Shown: in pieces, positions 1-13,070 of the stretch
How positions within the stretch are numbered: the stretch's first letter is position 1
How the letters are laid out: every line of letters starts with the position of its first letter
Assembly: GCA_964016885.1 (NCBI GenBank)
Contig: OZ024740.1
Span: 73,904,001 to 73,968,000, forward strand
Length of the DNA: 64,000 nt
Direction of reading: 5' to 3'
DNA from: Eledone cirrhosa
Lineage: Eukaryota
The notes under the pieces: generated by a model
Told to the model about the DNA's origin: nothing
The model's database searches: none
Seen by the model: the letters and a program-made list of their open reading frames with translations, nothing else
Program-made: the position numbers and the translations under genes

Positions 1-247
1 GTTTGAAAACAGTCGGTTGGGTCTTTCTCTAGTTTTAGGGATTCAAACACACACACACAGACAGACATCCTCAGTTTTATATATATAGATAATGTGTATA
101 TATGTATATAATGTATATATATATTAATGTATATCATCATCATCATCATCATTTTACGTTCGCTTTTCCCTGCTTGCAAGGGTGGGACGAATATATATAT
201 ATATATATATATATATAATGTATATATATATCATCATATATATATAT

Positions 248-838
248 CATCATCGTTTAATCTTCCACGCTTGCATGGGTTTGGACGGGAATTTTCCCAC
301 TTGATGCAAGATTGGTTGTCTTGCTCGTATAGGACTGTCTGGCGGGTTTTCTATAGCTGGATGCCCTTCCTAACACCAACCACGTTTACAGTGTGGACTG
401 GGAGGTTTTTACCGTGTTACCTACACGGCCACATTACAGCGTGGGCTGTGTGTTTTTTTGTCGTGACACCTACACAACCTCATTTATTTCGGACTGGATG
501 TTGTGGTACCAACATAACTTTACATTGAAAGGGGCGGTGTGGATGGGGTGGGGGTAGTGGGATGGGGGTGTATTTTTGTTAGAGGTGCCTACTGACTAGG
601 TTTCGCTTTGTACTTAGGCAAGGCGGGTCTTCTGTATTACTGTGTAGCACAACATCTGATCCCTCTTATTCCTAATTTCTCCCTTAGTTCGTTTATGCTT
701 TGCCGTTCACGTATATTACTATTACACATCCAGCGGAGCATGCAAGCTTCGTTCCTCTCCAGTCTGCGTATATCCTCTTCACACAATGCCCAAGTCTCAC
801 TGCCATGTAACATTGCTGTTCGTATGCAGGCATATAGT
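248..838 (-). mobile_element. RTE LINE 3' fragment (RT C-terminus plus 3'UTR, (GAT)n tail), internally deleted
   Basis: ORF 637-951 contains YACIRTAMLHGSETWALCEEDIRRLERNEACMLRWMCN, nearly identical to the RTE copy at 43830-44000; the UTR matches 47278-47625 in reverse. Confidence 0.85.
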
Positions 839-1033
839 GTATATATATATATATAATGTATATATATAAATATATATAAATACATGCAGAAGTTATATTT
901 AATTTGTTGGGATTCAACAAGCTTAAAAGTTTTATAACTGATATAAAGCACTCAACAGTTTACTATCTAGCGAACCTTCAACCGTCAAAGTTGTTTTTCT
1001 ATGGGTATGTCAACATTTATAAAACAAATTTTG

Positions 1034-1098
1034 TATTTTATCTGATGAAAGCGCACCAAAACTGCCTTGGTTGCCCTTGAAATATATATAATAAAATA
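1034..1098 (+). ncRNA. Minimal type I hammerhead ribozyme, intact core
   Basis: Stem I TATTTTAT(1034-41)/ATAAAATA(1091-98), 8 bp perfect; CTGATGA 1042-48; stem II AAG-c-GCA-CCAA/TTGG-t-TGC-c-CTT; GAAA 1079-82; palindromic helix III ATATATAT; predicted cleavage after AUA (1090). Confidence 0.75.
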
Positions 1099-1647
1099 AT
1101 TATGGTTTTATAAATATAGTTTCCATTTATATATATATATATATATAATTTAATTAATACAATAACAGAGAAAGCTTTACGCTTAACTCCGACTGGTAAC
1201 CACCTCACTCAACAAACATTAGGTTATACATTAGTATAAACCCAATTTAGTGTCTGGGGTGCTAACTATATGTATTTTGTGGAAAGCCAGTTGTATTATT
1301 TTATATGAGATATAATTAAAATTAAAATATATCTCTCTTTCCAAACAATTGTTTCATTATAAGTATTCTACAAGTTGGGAGAATATTTCCAGTTTATGTA
1401 GAAGCCTAATATATTTTCATGTAAGAATACAATTAGGTGGGCACTTATAAATCGTCAGTGGAACCCCATTAAACTTTGATATAAGAAAAATTTCTTACCG
1501 CAGTTAATTTTCGTGTCTGCTAATTCGTCCCCTCATGCATTGAATGACTGCCAAATTTGAAATTCCAGCAGTCCTTTGACTGAGGAAGTATCATAGCGTC
1601 ATGAAGCGGGAAAGGGAGACAATCACAAGTCCCGAGAAAAGAAAAAT

Positions 1648-2049
1648 AATATACACGTAGGTTAATTAGTTTCTTCAAAAACATTATCAATCCTTCGTGT
1701 TAAGAACTCAATTAATTTTAAAAAAATAAATGTATGCGTGTATTAAATATACACGCATATAGATATTTTCTTGGGCTAAAAACAGAGAAGTGATACCTGA
1801 ATAACGAACAATATCTCACAACCGTAACAAATACGGAAAGTTACGCCTTAAAAGACATTTGGGAATGTAAATCTCTGGCCAAATTAAGAGTAAAATATTT
1901 AATACACGCGGGTTAATTAGTTATTTCAAAACCAATATCAATTCCGCGTGTTAAGAACTCAATTAATTAAAAAAAATAAATGTATGCATGTAATTATTTA
2001 CACACGCATATAGATATTTTCTTAGGCTAAAAACAGAGAAGTGATAACC
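1648..2049. repeat. Diverged direct duplication of about 150 bp (1648-1798 and 1901-2049)
   Basis: Shared blocks GGTTAATTAGTT, GTGTTAAGAACTCAATTAATT, ACACGCATATAGATATTTTCTT and GGCTAAAAACAGAGAAGTGATA. Confidence 0.8.
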
Positions 2050-2066
2050 AAAAAAAAAAAAATATA

Positions 2067-2067
<1 letters not shown>

Positions 2068-2102
<35 letters not shown>

Positions 2103-2373
2103 GTATATATATATAATGTATATATATATATATAATGTATATATATATAATGTATATATATATATATAATGTATATATATATATAATGTATATATATATA
2201 TAATGTATATATATATATAATGTATATATATATAATGTATATATATATAATGTATATATAATGTATATATATAATGTATATATATATAATGTATATATAT
2301 ATAATGTATATATATATATATATATATAATGTATATATATATATTTATATAATGTATATATAATATATATATA
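2068..2373. repeat. Compound microsatellite [(TA)n ATG]n
   Basis: Directly visible; it generates the spurious YI-rich ORFs. Confidence 0.95.
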
Positions 2374-3135
2374 ATGTGTTGTTTCCTTGAGCAAGACACT
2401 TTATTTCACATTGTTCCAGTTTACTCAGCTGTAGAAATGAGATGATAGATACTGGGGTCCATATCATTTCACTGCAAAGTGGTCGTGAAGGTGCCATGGA
2501 AAAAAAGCACCCACCACTCACTGTAAATGAAAGCACCCACCACTCAGCTGTAGAAATCAAGCCAGAATCAGTTCCTGTCCCACCCTTGCAAGCAGGGAAA
2601 AGCGGACGTAAAATGATGATGATGATGATGATATATATAATAAATATATATATATATATACTATATATATATATAATTTATATATATATATGTATAATGT
2701 ATTAATATATCATCATCATCATCATCATCAACGTTTAACGTCCGTGTTCCACGCTTGCATGGGTTTGGACGGGGGTTTTCCCACTTGAGGCAAGAGTGAT
2801 TGTCTTGCTCGCATAGGACAGTCTGGCAGGTTTTTTACAGTTGGATGCCCTTCCTAACACCAACCACATTTATATATATATATATATAATGTATATATAT
2901 ATATATAATAATAATAATAATGAAATTATTGTGTACAGTGCTCAGGTGCACTATATATATATATAATGTATATATATATATATATAAGATTAAAATACTT
3001 GAGTGCGTTAGAGTTAAACACACTCGTCGTATTAGAGAAATGACAGTATAAGATATAGCTCAATGTAATCCAACAGAGCCAAAAAATTATAAAAAATAAA
3101 CAAAGAAGCCTTCAATACATCAAAAGTTTTTATTA

Positions 3136-3176
3136 GCCGACAATGTTTCGTCCCATTAATAAGGACTCATCAGGGC
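3136..3176 (-). ncRNA. Minimal type I hammerhead ribozyme, intact core, GUC site
   Basis: Minus strand reads GCC-CTGATGA-GTCCT-tattaat-GGGAC-GAAAC-att-GTC-GGC, followed within a few nt by AATAAA. Confidence 0.8.
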
Positions 3177-4506
3177 AAGCAAAGAGACAAGAAGCATTAA
3201 CGGCCAGAACAAGCCAAAACTCAGAAGAACAGGGAATTTATATCTATTAAAACTTAGGAAAGACATCATGGAAAGACATTCTAAAGCTAAAAGTGTGCAT
3301 TTGCAAATATAGACTATAGGGCAAGAGAGCGAGTAATATGTCAAACCCACGTTGAAAGAACAATATAAGACAAATACATGAAACACAACATGGTAATACA
3401 ATATGAGAATTATAATATGATATAGAATACAATATAATGGATAATAAGAAATAAAAAGCTTAATATATATGTATATATATATATCCATATATATACACAT
3501 TTACACAAATACATACTAACACTTGTTTAAATATTTAAATATAAGTATACTCGTTATAATATAATAGCATAATCACCCTGACGGTGTGCATAAACAATAT
3601 CAAAAACAAAGGAATAATATACTGACATTAAAAAATATATAAAACTACATCATACGTATCATTAAAAGTCAACAAACTGTATATAAAGTTTTTCACAGGG
3701 TAAGAAAAAATATCATATAAAAATAAAGTATGGTGAAAAAATATATATAACTATATATAATATTGACAATAAATATCCAGAGGTATATGCAGTTCAAATT
3801 CATAAAATATTACAAAACAGTACCTCAATATCGGACATGTATATATAATTCAATTACATAAAAATAATATGATAAATTAATGTTAATATTACAATAGCAG
3901 ACACACATAATCAATGGAAAATGCTTAAGACATATTTACGCGATGCATACAAATAGACATATCAGGAGACAATAACAAATGATAGGAGAACAGACAGCAT
4001 GTGGTAGTAAAAAAAATAAATAAAATATAACGAAGAACAAAAACAAAAACAAGCGCAGACACGTAGGCGTTAAAGTCACTAGGTAAATATAGATAATATT
4101 ACTATTCTGGATCAAAGAATTAAATTGAAAACCTCATTAAATTAATTAGTACTAAAACTGTTTAAAAGACATTATGGGTCACTTCATATGGAACAAAATT
4201 TAAGTCATCAAAGTCGAATAAAATTAAGATATTTCAATAAGAAAGCTAAAAGATCTATCAAGATATATTATGATCCGTCCAGACGAATTACGTTATCAAG
4301 GAAAAAACTCTAAATAAAACTATGGTAGACCAATGGGAACAGAAAGAAGTAGAACTATGGGGGGTAGGAAGGAGCATAAAGGTAAAAATTATATATAATC
4401 AATATAAATTGACCATACACAAATTTTATATATAATATTAAATATAATATTATCTTCATCCCAACCAGGGATGAAAATATTATTATATATATATTTATAT
4501 ATATAA

Positions 4507-4690
4507 GGCGGTGGATTGGCAGTATCGGTAGAGGGTCGGACGTCATGCGTTGAATTATGGCCCTTTCCATTCTGAGTTCAAATCCCGCCGAGGTCAACTT
4601 TGCCTTTCATCCTTACGAGGTTGATAAAATAAAGTACCAGTAATGTACTGGGTAATTGCTGGCCTTGTGCCAAAAGTAGAAACAATTATT
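4507..4690 (+). mobile_element. tRNA-derived SINE, family A (GGCGGTGGATTGGCAG head; GGTCAACTTTGCCTTTCATCC body)
   Basis: A-box-like head, GAGTTCAAATCC B-box and ATT tail; sister copies at about 19132-19345, 19836-20020, 26366-26547, 36376-36580 and 36627-36810. Confidence 0.8.
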
Positions 4691-4807
4691 ATATATATAT
4701 TTAGGTTTGTTAGTTCACCACTGGATGGAACTGGTCATTCCGTATAGTCATCTGTGATCTAATATTAGGAAAAGCACTCGATGCAATGCAACTCCCGTAA
4801 TACAATA

Positions 4808-4867
4808 AACACTTGATGATGTCACCAGGATCCTATGGACCCTGGTCATTGAAATGTGCATATTGTT
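4808..4867 (+). ncRNA. Hammerhead-like motif, C3U variant, partly degenerate
   Basis: AACAC-TTGATGA(4813-19), stem II containing ACCAGG/CCTGGT, GAAA(4851-54)-TGTGCA-TA-TTGTT, then AATAAA. Confidence 0.45.
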
Positions 4868-6145
4868 TGTAATAAATCTTTGAAGGAATTTGACCAGTTT
4901 AGTCTCGTGTCATTTTACGCAATTATATATATATATATATATAATGTATATATAATTGTACATATATATATATATATAATGTATATATAATTATATATAT
5001 ATATATATATATATTAGCCGTCAAAACGGTTTGAGCTCTACCGTCGGGCTTAAACATCTTCCTATTATATATAATGTATATATAAAGTTGATGTGCTTAT
5101 TCACTTGACTTACATCAACCAACCAAATTTCATTCATATATGAAAAAACAATCTGAGCCGCCTTTTTTTAAAGGCAAATACAATAAGAATTTTGTAACGC
5201 GAACTGGTGCAAAATTTATTATACTTATTCACGAGACTGTCATCAACCAACCAAATTAATTTTCTAAAAAACCTAGCATTTCGCGTCACTTTTTTCCACA
5301 TAAAACAGAAATAACATTCGAACACCAACCAGATGCGAGAAAAACCACAAACCACAAAACAAATATATATATATGTATATATATATTGGGTATACTTTGG
5401 GAGGGTTATGTTGCCCATAAAAAAACACTCGCACCTGTTGGTTTTCACTTCAATTTATTATAAATTTCCGGTTGTTGGTTGGTTCAATAACTGGATGTTT
5501 GTTTATATATTGTCAAAGCTCTTTCATTACACATTATGTGACCTCCTCAGTGACTAGGTTTTTATTTTGTGTTCCTCTCCTTTGTTCTCTCCTACACCAT
5601 CTTGTTTTTGTGTGTTGTCTGCTCTGTGCTTGGTTTGCGCATGCTTTACATCTCGGTGTGTGTGTGTTTTTATTTATTTATTGATGTGTTTATTTACTTA
5701 TTACTAGTTAGTTATTTGTTCTATCTGTGTGTTTCTGGCTTATTTTATTAGTTTGGTTTTTGTGTGTGTCTGTATGTCTTCATTTTGACCTTAATTACTA
5801 GTTGTGATGTTGCTATCCCACTCATGTTTTCTGTTTAATTTTGGTTGGTGTTCGTTTATGTTTGTTGCCTCTGTAATTTGTCTGAGCGTTGCATATATAA
5901 TGCATATATATATATATATAACGAAGGAGTTGTGGTAAGGAGCCAGATGGACCATAACGCACCAGAGTACTCAATACTTAGGGTAGTAGAGTGGGTAATA
6001 GGAAATAGCCGTCGAAACGGCTTGAGCTCTGCCGTCGGGTTCATACATTTTCCTATATATATATATCATCATCATCATCATCATCGTTTAACGTCTATCT
6101 TCCACGCTAGCATGGGTTTAGATGGGTATATGTATATATATATAT

Positions 6146-6770
6146 AAACATAAATTATCGAGATTCGCATTTCGGCCCACAAAATAACGAAAAACAACCT
6201 TCGAGATGTGTGGCAAATGCTCAATCATTCAGATGAACCAGAGCTATAACAAACGTTAAAGGCCAAACACACTGAGACGATGGTTAAACAATCATTCGCA
6301 TAGCCAAAAAAACGATCAAGTAATTCGGGTATTGAAAATTTACCTGGACCCCTGGTAAAATCCAGTATTTGGGTTTTTGCGGCTCCTAAATCAAGTACCG
6401 TCCGCTTACATAAATAATGTCAGGCTTCTGGTAAGATGATGAACAAGGAAGCCACTTTCTCAACAGGTTTTAGTTCAATGTTAATACAAGGACTGACTAT
6501 TGCTGGCTCCATGTGGGGATCGGCAAGGGAGGCAACCCCTATATCAGGCAAATGAATTCAGTTGTGTATATTTTTGCAAGAATGCAAAAACATCACAAAT
6601 CGAATAGAGTTCTCAACAGAAGGGTTAAAATTATTCATCAGTCAATAGAATCAACTAAAAAATCAAGAAAATTAACTGGTCAATAGCTAGAGTCTGGAGA
6701 TAAATACAAACATAAATTATCGAGATTCGCATTTCGGCCCACGAAATAACGAAAAACAACCTCCGAGATG
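6146..6770. repeat. 63-bp direct repeats (6146-6208, 6708-6770) bounding a 562-bp unit
   Basis: AAACATAAATTATCGAGATTCGCATTTCGGCCCAC..GAGATG occurs twice with 2 mismatches. Confidence 0.85.
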
Positions 6771-6771
6771 C

Positions 6772-7033
6772 ATTTACAGTGAGTGCTTTTTTTCCGTGGC
6801 GCCTACATGTCCACTTTACAGTGTGGGCTGGGTGCTTTTTTGCCGTGGCACCTCCACGGCCACTTTGCAGTGGAACCCAGTCCCTATCATCTCATTTCTA
6901 CAGCTGAGTAAACTGGAGCAATGTGAAATAAAGTGTCTTGCTCAAGGAAACAACACATCACCCGGTCTGAGAATTGAACTCACAACCTTTTCATTGCAAG
7001 GCCAATGCTCTAACCACTAAGCCATGTGCCTCC
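6772..7033 (-). mobile_element. tRNA-derived SINE, family B (head plus CCTTGAGCAAGACACTTTA core)
   Basis: Minus strand GGAGGCACATGGCTTAGTGGTTAGAGC..GTGAGTTCAATTCTC; the core is shared with 2374-2630, 30300-30600 and 30615-30880. Confidence 0.75.
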
Positions 7034-7710
7034 ATATGTATATATATACATATATGAATATGCCTCCACACCCTCCCACTGCAAAGTGGTCGTGGAGGTG
7101 CCACGGCAAAAAAGCACCCAGCCCACACTGTACAGTGGACATGTAGGCACCACAGAAAAAAGCACCCAGCACTCACTGTAAATGAGGTTGGTGTTAGGAA
7201 GGGCATCCAGCTGTAGAAATCAAGCCAGAATCAGTTCCTGTATGAGCAAGACAAGGTCAGCCGACTAGACGCTGCTCACAACAGGACAACCTGTCTAACC
7301 CATGCTAGCGTGGAAGAACGGATGTAAAATGATGATGATGATATGTTATGTATATATATATATATATATTGGAAAATGTGTGAGATCCTTGGTACAGTTA
7401 GGTATATTTGAAAAAAAGGAAAAAAAAGAAATTGACTTCACTTGTAATTCTAAATAATTTGATTTAATTTTATAATATTATAATATTATGAGTTGGTAGG
7501 TCTAGTAAGTTCCTTGTTAACTTCGGTGGGAAGAATTTTAAAGATTCTTTGTTAACTTTGTTGGAGAACTTTCTTGCATTCATCGGTGGAGATTGTCAAA
7601 CTGAGATCGGGTTGTGTTGAGATGTGTGACTCTATATAAGAGAGATTTGTATGTGTCTGGGGTGTGCAGCATGTTGTTAATGAGTGTTGATGAAGATTTA
7701 AAGCATATAT

Positions 7711-7743
<33 letters not shown>

Positions 7744-7880
7744 CACTCAGAAAATGGTGATGTTGCAAGATAAGGGTGTTTGCTCATCAATGGCCAACCA
7801 AGGAAAGCTGGCTGTGGAAAGTGTAGCATAAATAGTGGTGCCTCTCAGCTGGAACACATAATAGAGTAATAAATGTATAT

Positions 7881-7932
<52 letters not shown>

Positions 7933-7934
7933 TT

Positions 7935-8065
7935 AAAAAAAAACGAAAAATCAGTGATGCATCTGAACCCAGTTTATTGCGTGTTACAATTGTTTTGCCA
8001 GCAATAAACAATTGTAACACGCAATAAACTGGGTTCAGATGCATCACTGATTTTTCGTTTTTTTT
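7935..8065. repeat. Near-perfect foldback palindrome, arms about 60 bp
   Basis: AAAACGAAAAATCAGTGATGCATCTGAACCCAGTTTATTGCGTGTTACAATTGTTT, a 10-nt loop, then its exact reverse complement. Confidence 0.95.
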
Positions 8066-8153
8066 ATACTATCCACACTATACTCTGTATGAATATTGAG
8101 TGCTAATTTTGGCATACCGCCTATGGAAGCACCATAGCTACCATTATACACAA

Positions 8154-8192
<39 letters not shown>

Positions 8193-9137
8193 GCTGTTTT
8201 CAAGTGACATCTCAATATTCTGGTGACCAAGATCCCAGATGAACGCATAACATGAGGCAAAGCGCAAATAAGCATAAATGGCTACCAAGGAAAGCTGGCT
8301 GTAGAAAGAGTAACATCAGTGATGGTACCCTAGCATGGACACAGCCTGTCAGCTGGAACACATAATAGAGTAATATATATATATATATTTTTTCTTTTAT
8401 ATATATATAAATTATATATGTATAGATTTTAGTGTAATTTTGGGGAAAAATTTAAAAGAACTTTTTGTAAAATATTTAACAATAAATAGTTTTGGAACAA
8501 TGCACACCTTCACTTTAAATTAGCTTTCAAATCTAACCATCTGCTTTCTCTGTTACACTCTGTAGCTAAATCACTTTTTTATTTTATTTATTTTTCAAAT
8601 GTGTGTTTGAATAGAAACAACTTAAAAAATTTTTCAGTGATAGTGGAAATAATGGGATGTAGTAGTGATGGTCGTGCAGGTTGTTGTGGGCTGAAATGAG
8701 GTAAGGGAGATTGGGAATAAAACAGTTATGTGAAATTAGAATTTGTCAAAGTTACCCATGAAACATGTAAGAATTTTTAAAAAAAAAACATTCATCAAAA
8801 TTTTCTCAAACATTTTTCTCCAAATTTCACAAAAATCTTCATCAAAACTTGTCATTAAAATTTCTTCAATGTTTTTCAAAAACCTTCAATCAAAGTCTTT
8901 TTCAAAACTTTTCCTTGAAACATTTTCCTAAAAAATTTCACAAATTATCTGAAAATCTTTTCTAAAATACAAAAAGGTTTTTCTAAAATACAAAACGTAT
9001 GCCTAAAAAATATTACCCCAAATTTTGTAAAAAGCTATCAAAATAGTATTTTTAATTTTTCTAAAAATCATTCAAAATTCTTTTGTGAAAATTTTAGTAA
9101 GAATTTTGAGAAATCTTGGGAAAGTTTTTGTCAGAAT

Positions 9138-9208
9138 TTTTGATAAAATTTTTGATAAAATTTTGATAAAATTTTGATAAAATTTTGATAAAATTTTGAT
9201 AAAATTTT
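9138..9208. repeat. Minisatellite (TTTTGATAAAA)n within a degenerate A/T-tract region (about 8740-9480)
   Basis: About six tandem 11-12 bp units are visible. Confidence 0.85.
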
Positions 9209-9490
9209 TTCGAAAACAATTTGAAGTAATTAAAAAAAAAACTTTGGGAAATTTTTGAAATTTTTTGGTTGAAAACTATTTATTAGATAATTATTGTTAA
9301 ACATTTTAGAAAAATTTCGTCAAATTTTTTCATACATTTTCACTTAAATTTCCTAAAATTTTTTCAAAAACTTTCCTCAATATGTTCTTTCAAATTTTAT
9401 TAAAATATTTTTGAAAAAATTTCAGCCACCCCCTCATTTTCTCAATTCTTATTCTAAAAATTTCCTAAATTTTCTCAAAATCTTCTGTTG

Positions 9491-12400
9491 TTATTATTAT
9501 TATTGTTCTTTGAGTCTCAGTCATTGATGTTATTTAACTGGAAAGTTTGTTGAAATGAATATCAAGCCACTACCTGCAGCCTCAGATATTCAGGACGTAT
9601 CGGAAGGTTCTTGCTGTTCCCAGCAAGCATGCTTTTTGAAGCGGGGCGGGACCAATTTTCTTTATCCATCCTTGGAAACTCTTTGAGATAGTACCTAGTG
9701 CGCCTATGACAATCGGGACCACTTTGATCTCATGGCAGTTCCAAATCCTTTTTACCTCCCACTTTAAGTCCTGGTATCGGTTAATTTTCTCCCTCTCCTT
9801 CTCTTGCACTCTCGTGTCGAGTGGGCAGGCTACATCCACAATCAGGCACAATCTTTTTCCCTTGTCCAAAACCACCAGGTCAGGTCTATTGTGTTCTAGT
9901 TTCTTGTCCGCCTGTATCCTAAAATCCCACAGCAACTTCACCTGATTGTTTTCTATCACCGACTCTGGCTTATGCTCATACCACTTCTCAGAATGTGGTA
10001 AATTGTTTACTTTGCATAGGTGCCAGTGGATCACCCTGCCCATCACATCATGTCTCCAGCCTTTATAGTGAGTCTGGGCTAGGTGTTTACACTCGGATAC
10101 AATGTGAGCCACAGTCTCCTCTCTCTCTCCACAGATCCTGCACAGTGGGCTAGCCTCCGCCTTGTAAATATGGTGTTTCAGCCACTTCATTTTGAGGGGC
10201 TGCTCTTGCGCAGCCATTAGCATTCCTTCTGTAGCCTTTTTAAGGTCTCCTCTTTTCAACCAGTTCCATGTCTGTGGATCTCTAAATTCAGTTTTCTCAA
10301 AGAAGGTACTCTGAAGGAATTTTTCATGAGGGTTGCTCTTTCTCCTTGTTGTTATTTCCTCCTTGGACATCCCCTGGTCTATTGTCCTCTCCTTCAGTAC
10401 AATTCTGAGCATTGGCTCCCTACTATCAGTCACGTATTTGTGTAGGTTGTTTTTCTCCATCTGAACACAGTCCTCTATGCTGATAAGACCTCTTCCACCT
10501 TCAGATCTCCTTAAGTAGAGTCTATCGACATCACTCCTCATGTTGTAGATAGTCAATAGCTTCCTCGTCTTCCTATCCATTTCTTTTTGTTCAGCAACAT
10601 TCCATCTCAGAATTCCCGTACTGAACCTAATAATAGACACAGCTCGGGAATTTACTGCACTTATGGCATTCCTACTGTTCAGATGTGACTTTAATACGCT
10701 CCTTACTCTCTGAATGTATTCAGATCTTATCAATTCCTTCATTTTTTTGTTCTTGATGTCATCAGCCTCCAGAACACCTAAATATTTGTATCCTTCTTCA
10801 ATATCAATTTCTTTTATCATCTCACCTGTTAGTACCTGGATTCCGTTGCTTCTGCTCAATTTACCCCTCTTCATCACAAGGACTCCACACTTACTAATAC
10901 CAAATTGCATACATATATCATTGCTGAAAATACGGACAGTGTCAACAAGCACATCCAATTCCTTCTCACTCTTCCAGAAGAGCTTAAGATCATCCATGAA
11001 GAGGAGATGATTGATGGTAAGCTCTCCCTTTCCCAACTTGTATCCTGCTCTCACTTTTCGCAGTATAATGGTCAGGGGGATCAGGGCAAGGACAAACAAC
11101 AGAGGGGACAGACTATCTTCCTGGAAGATACCTCTCTTGATCTTCACGCCTCCCAAGGATTCTCCGCCCGATGTTAACTCTATTTTCCAGGACTTCATAC
11201 TTTTGCTCAACAACTGTCTGATGTTATCTGCCACCCTGCAGATCTCTAGGCTTTTGGTTATCCAAGAATTAAGTACCATGTCGAATGCCTTTTTGTAGTC
11301 TATCTATCCCATGGCAAGACTAGTGTGTCTCCTCCTGCAATTCCTCATTATCATCTTATCAATAAGTAACTGGTCTTTTGTACCACGGGACTTCTTTCGG
11401 CATCCTTTCTGTTCATCCGGTAACAAGTTGTTTATGTGGAGGTGATGGTAGATTTCCTCAGACACAATGCTTGTTAACAATTTCCACATTACGGACAGAC
11501 ATGTGATAGGTCTATAGTTGGTAACATCATTACCCTTGGTTCGGTCTTTCATTACCAGAAGTGTGGTACCTTTTGTCAACCACTCTGGTACCTCACCTGA
11601 CATAAAGCAGTGATTGAACATGGTTGTCAGTTTCGGGTGGAGGGATGTTATATTTTTAATCCAATACCCCTGCACACCATCTGGGCCTGGTGATTTCCAG
11701 TTGGTTAGTTTTCTGGCCTGCCCCTTAAGAGTTTCAACTGTGATACTCAAATCAGTTTGTTGGTGTGCCTGTTCACTAATCTCCTTTTGTACTGTCTCAA
11801 TCTACACTGCCTGATCATTATGTTTAACATCCTGCTCCCATATTCCTCTCCAGAATGTCTTAGTTTGTTCCACCTCAGGGATCAAGTCGTTGACTCTTTC
11901 TTTCCCTTCAAGCTGTCCAAACAACATCTTCTGGTTGTTGTCAAACAAGCGGTTCTGTCTATACTGACTGACTCTGCTCTCGTATCGCCTAATCTTTGTG
12001 CTCTTTGCTACAATGCGTTGCTTCAGTTCCTCTATGATAATATTTAGCTTTTTCCTCCTAGTTTTGTACTTTATTTCCAGTCTATTTTTAGTGTCTATTC
12101 TTTTGTAGTGTCTCATTCAGTAGGGACTCAAGCTTTCCAATGTCATTTCTCATTTCCCTGATTTGACCATTCAGTCGTTTCTTCCACCAAGGTTCTGATC
12201 TTTCTTGTTTGTTGTTTCCTCTCGCTTTTATGCCAAGTAATTTCCTCACCGCATTTGCTGTGCTTTGAGAATATTGTTGCACTGGTGAAGGTTCTTCGCC
12301 TCAAGGTATGGGATGACTTTGTTTACCTTAGCTGTTGTTTCTTTTAACTTTTTCCTGTCTACAAATCTTAGGTTCATAGGTTTCCCACTATCATTGTTCA

Positions 12401-13070
12401 TTTCATCTACCACTAAGTTCAGGATATCAACCAAATCTTGTCCTAGCCCGTCAGCATTCATTTCCTCAATGGCCGTATCTTTGTTCCAGGTATTATTTAT
12501 TTCAGCATTCAGATGCTTCGGATGCTTCCTCCGTTCTCTCAACCTCTTCACCTTCATTTCCCATTGGCTCGTTTGCCTGGCATACTCCACTCTCCATTTC
12601 CACCCTAATCTCTCTGCTCAGTTCCTCTAGTTCCAGCTCGCTTATCCACCCATTAGTTCTTATTACCCGAGCTTGCCCAGCCAATTTTTGTTCATCTAAT
12701 TTAAATAGACCAATCTCGTTCCAGATGTTATGCATCCGTTTCCTATAGCCATTTTCCTTGGGGTTACTCTTCAGGTAACATTGCATAACAGTTCTATTCA
12801 ATTCTTTCGTCCAGTTGGTTCTGGTCCCTTTCCTTCTTCTTCTTCCTCCAACACCAGCAGTATTTAGATGACAGCCAGGTCCCTGCTGCTGGGCCAGGGA
12901 ACACCTGCTGGGTGAGAGTCTGTCACATGACATTCCAGTCTCCACTTCACTGTTTAGGTTCGACATTTAAACACTCATATCGAGGATTGGTGAATGTATG
13001 GTTACATAACCACCGGTGATTTCATCACCCCCAGTGATTTGATCACCCCCGGTGATTTTAGCATGGCACT
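9491..13070 (-). mobile_element. Near full-length R4/Dong-like non-LTR retrotransposon (RT plus restriction-like endonuclease), pseudogenised
   Basis: Collinear ORF pieces 12966 to 9582: KSPGPDG, NYRPITCLS, IDYKKAFD, GIFQEDSLSP, FMDDLK, zinc knuckle CRIC..ETVAHIVSEC, RHD, RPDLVV..IVDVACP..RYQDL; (TAA)n at the 3' end; frameshifts and TAG stops at 11304 and 11802. The 5' boundary is approximate. Confidence 0.85.

Noticed and set aside
1404-1461. Minus-strand CTGACGA..GAAAATATATTA hammerhead-like match
   Set aside because: Helix III is palindromic but stem I does not pair and stem II is poor; chance or too decayed to call.
2068-2373. Regularly spaced repeat resembling a CRISPR array
   Set aside because: No unique spacers, eukaryotic context and no cas genes; it is a compound microsatellite.
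127-3500. Several 100+ aa ORFs rich in Y/I/H
   Set aside because: They are translations of (TA)n and (CAT)n microsatellites and SINE tails, not genes.
6960-7033. tRNA-like sequence
   Set aside because: It has A/B boxes but continues into a SINE core found in several copies; no convincing cloverleaf.
10714-12630. Plus-strand ORFs overlapping the R4-like element
   Set aside because: Antisense shadows of the retrotransposon ORF with no independent motifs.
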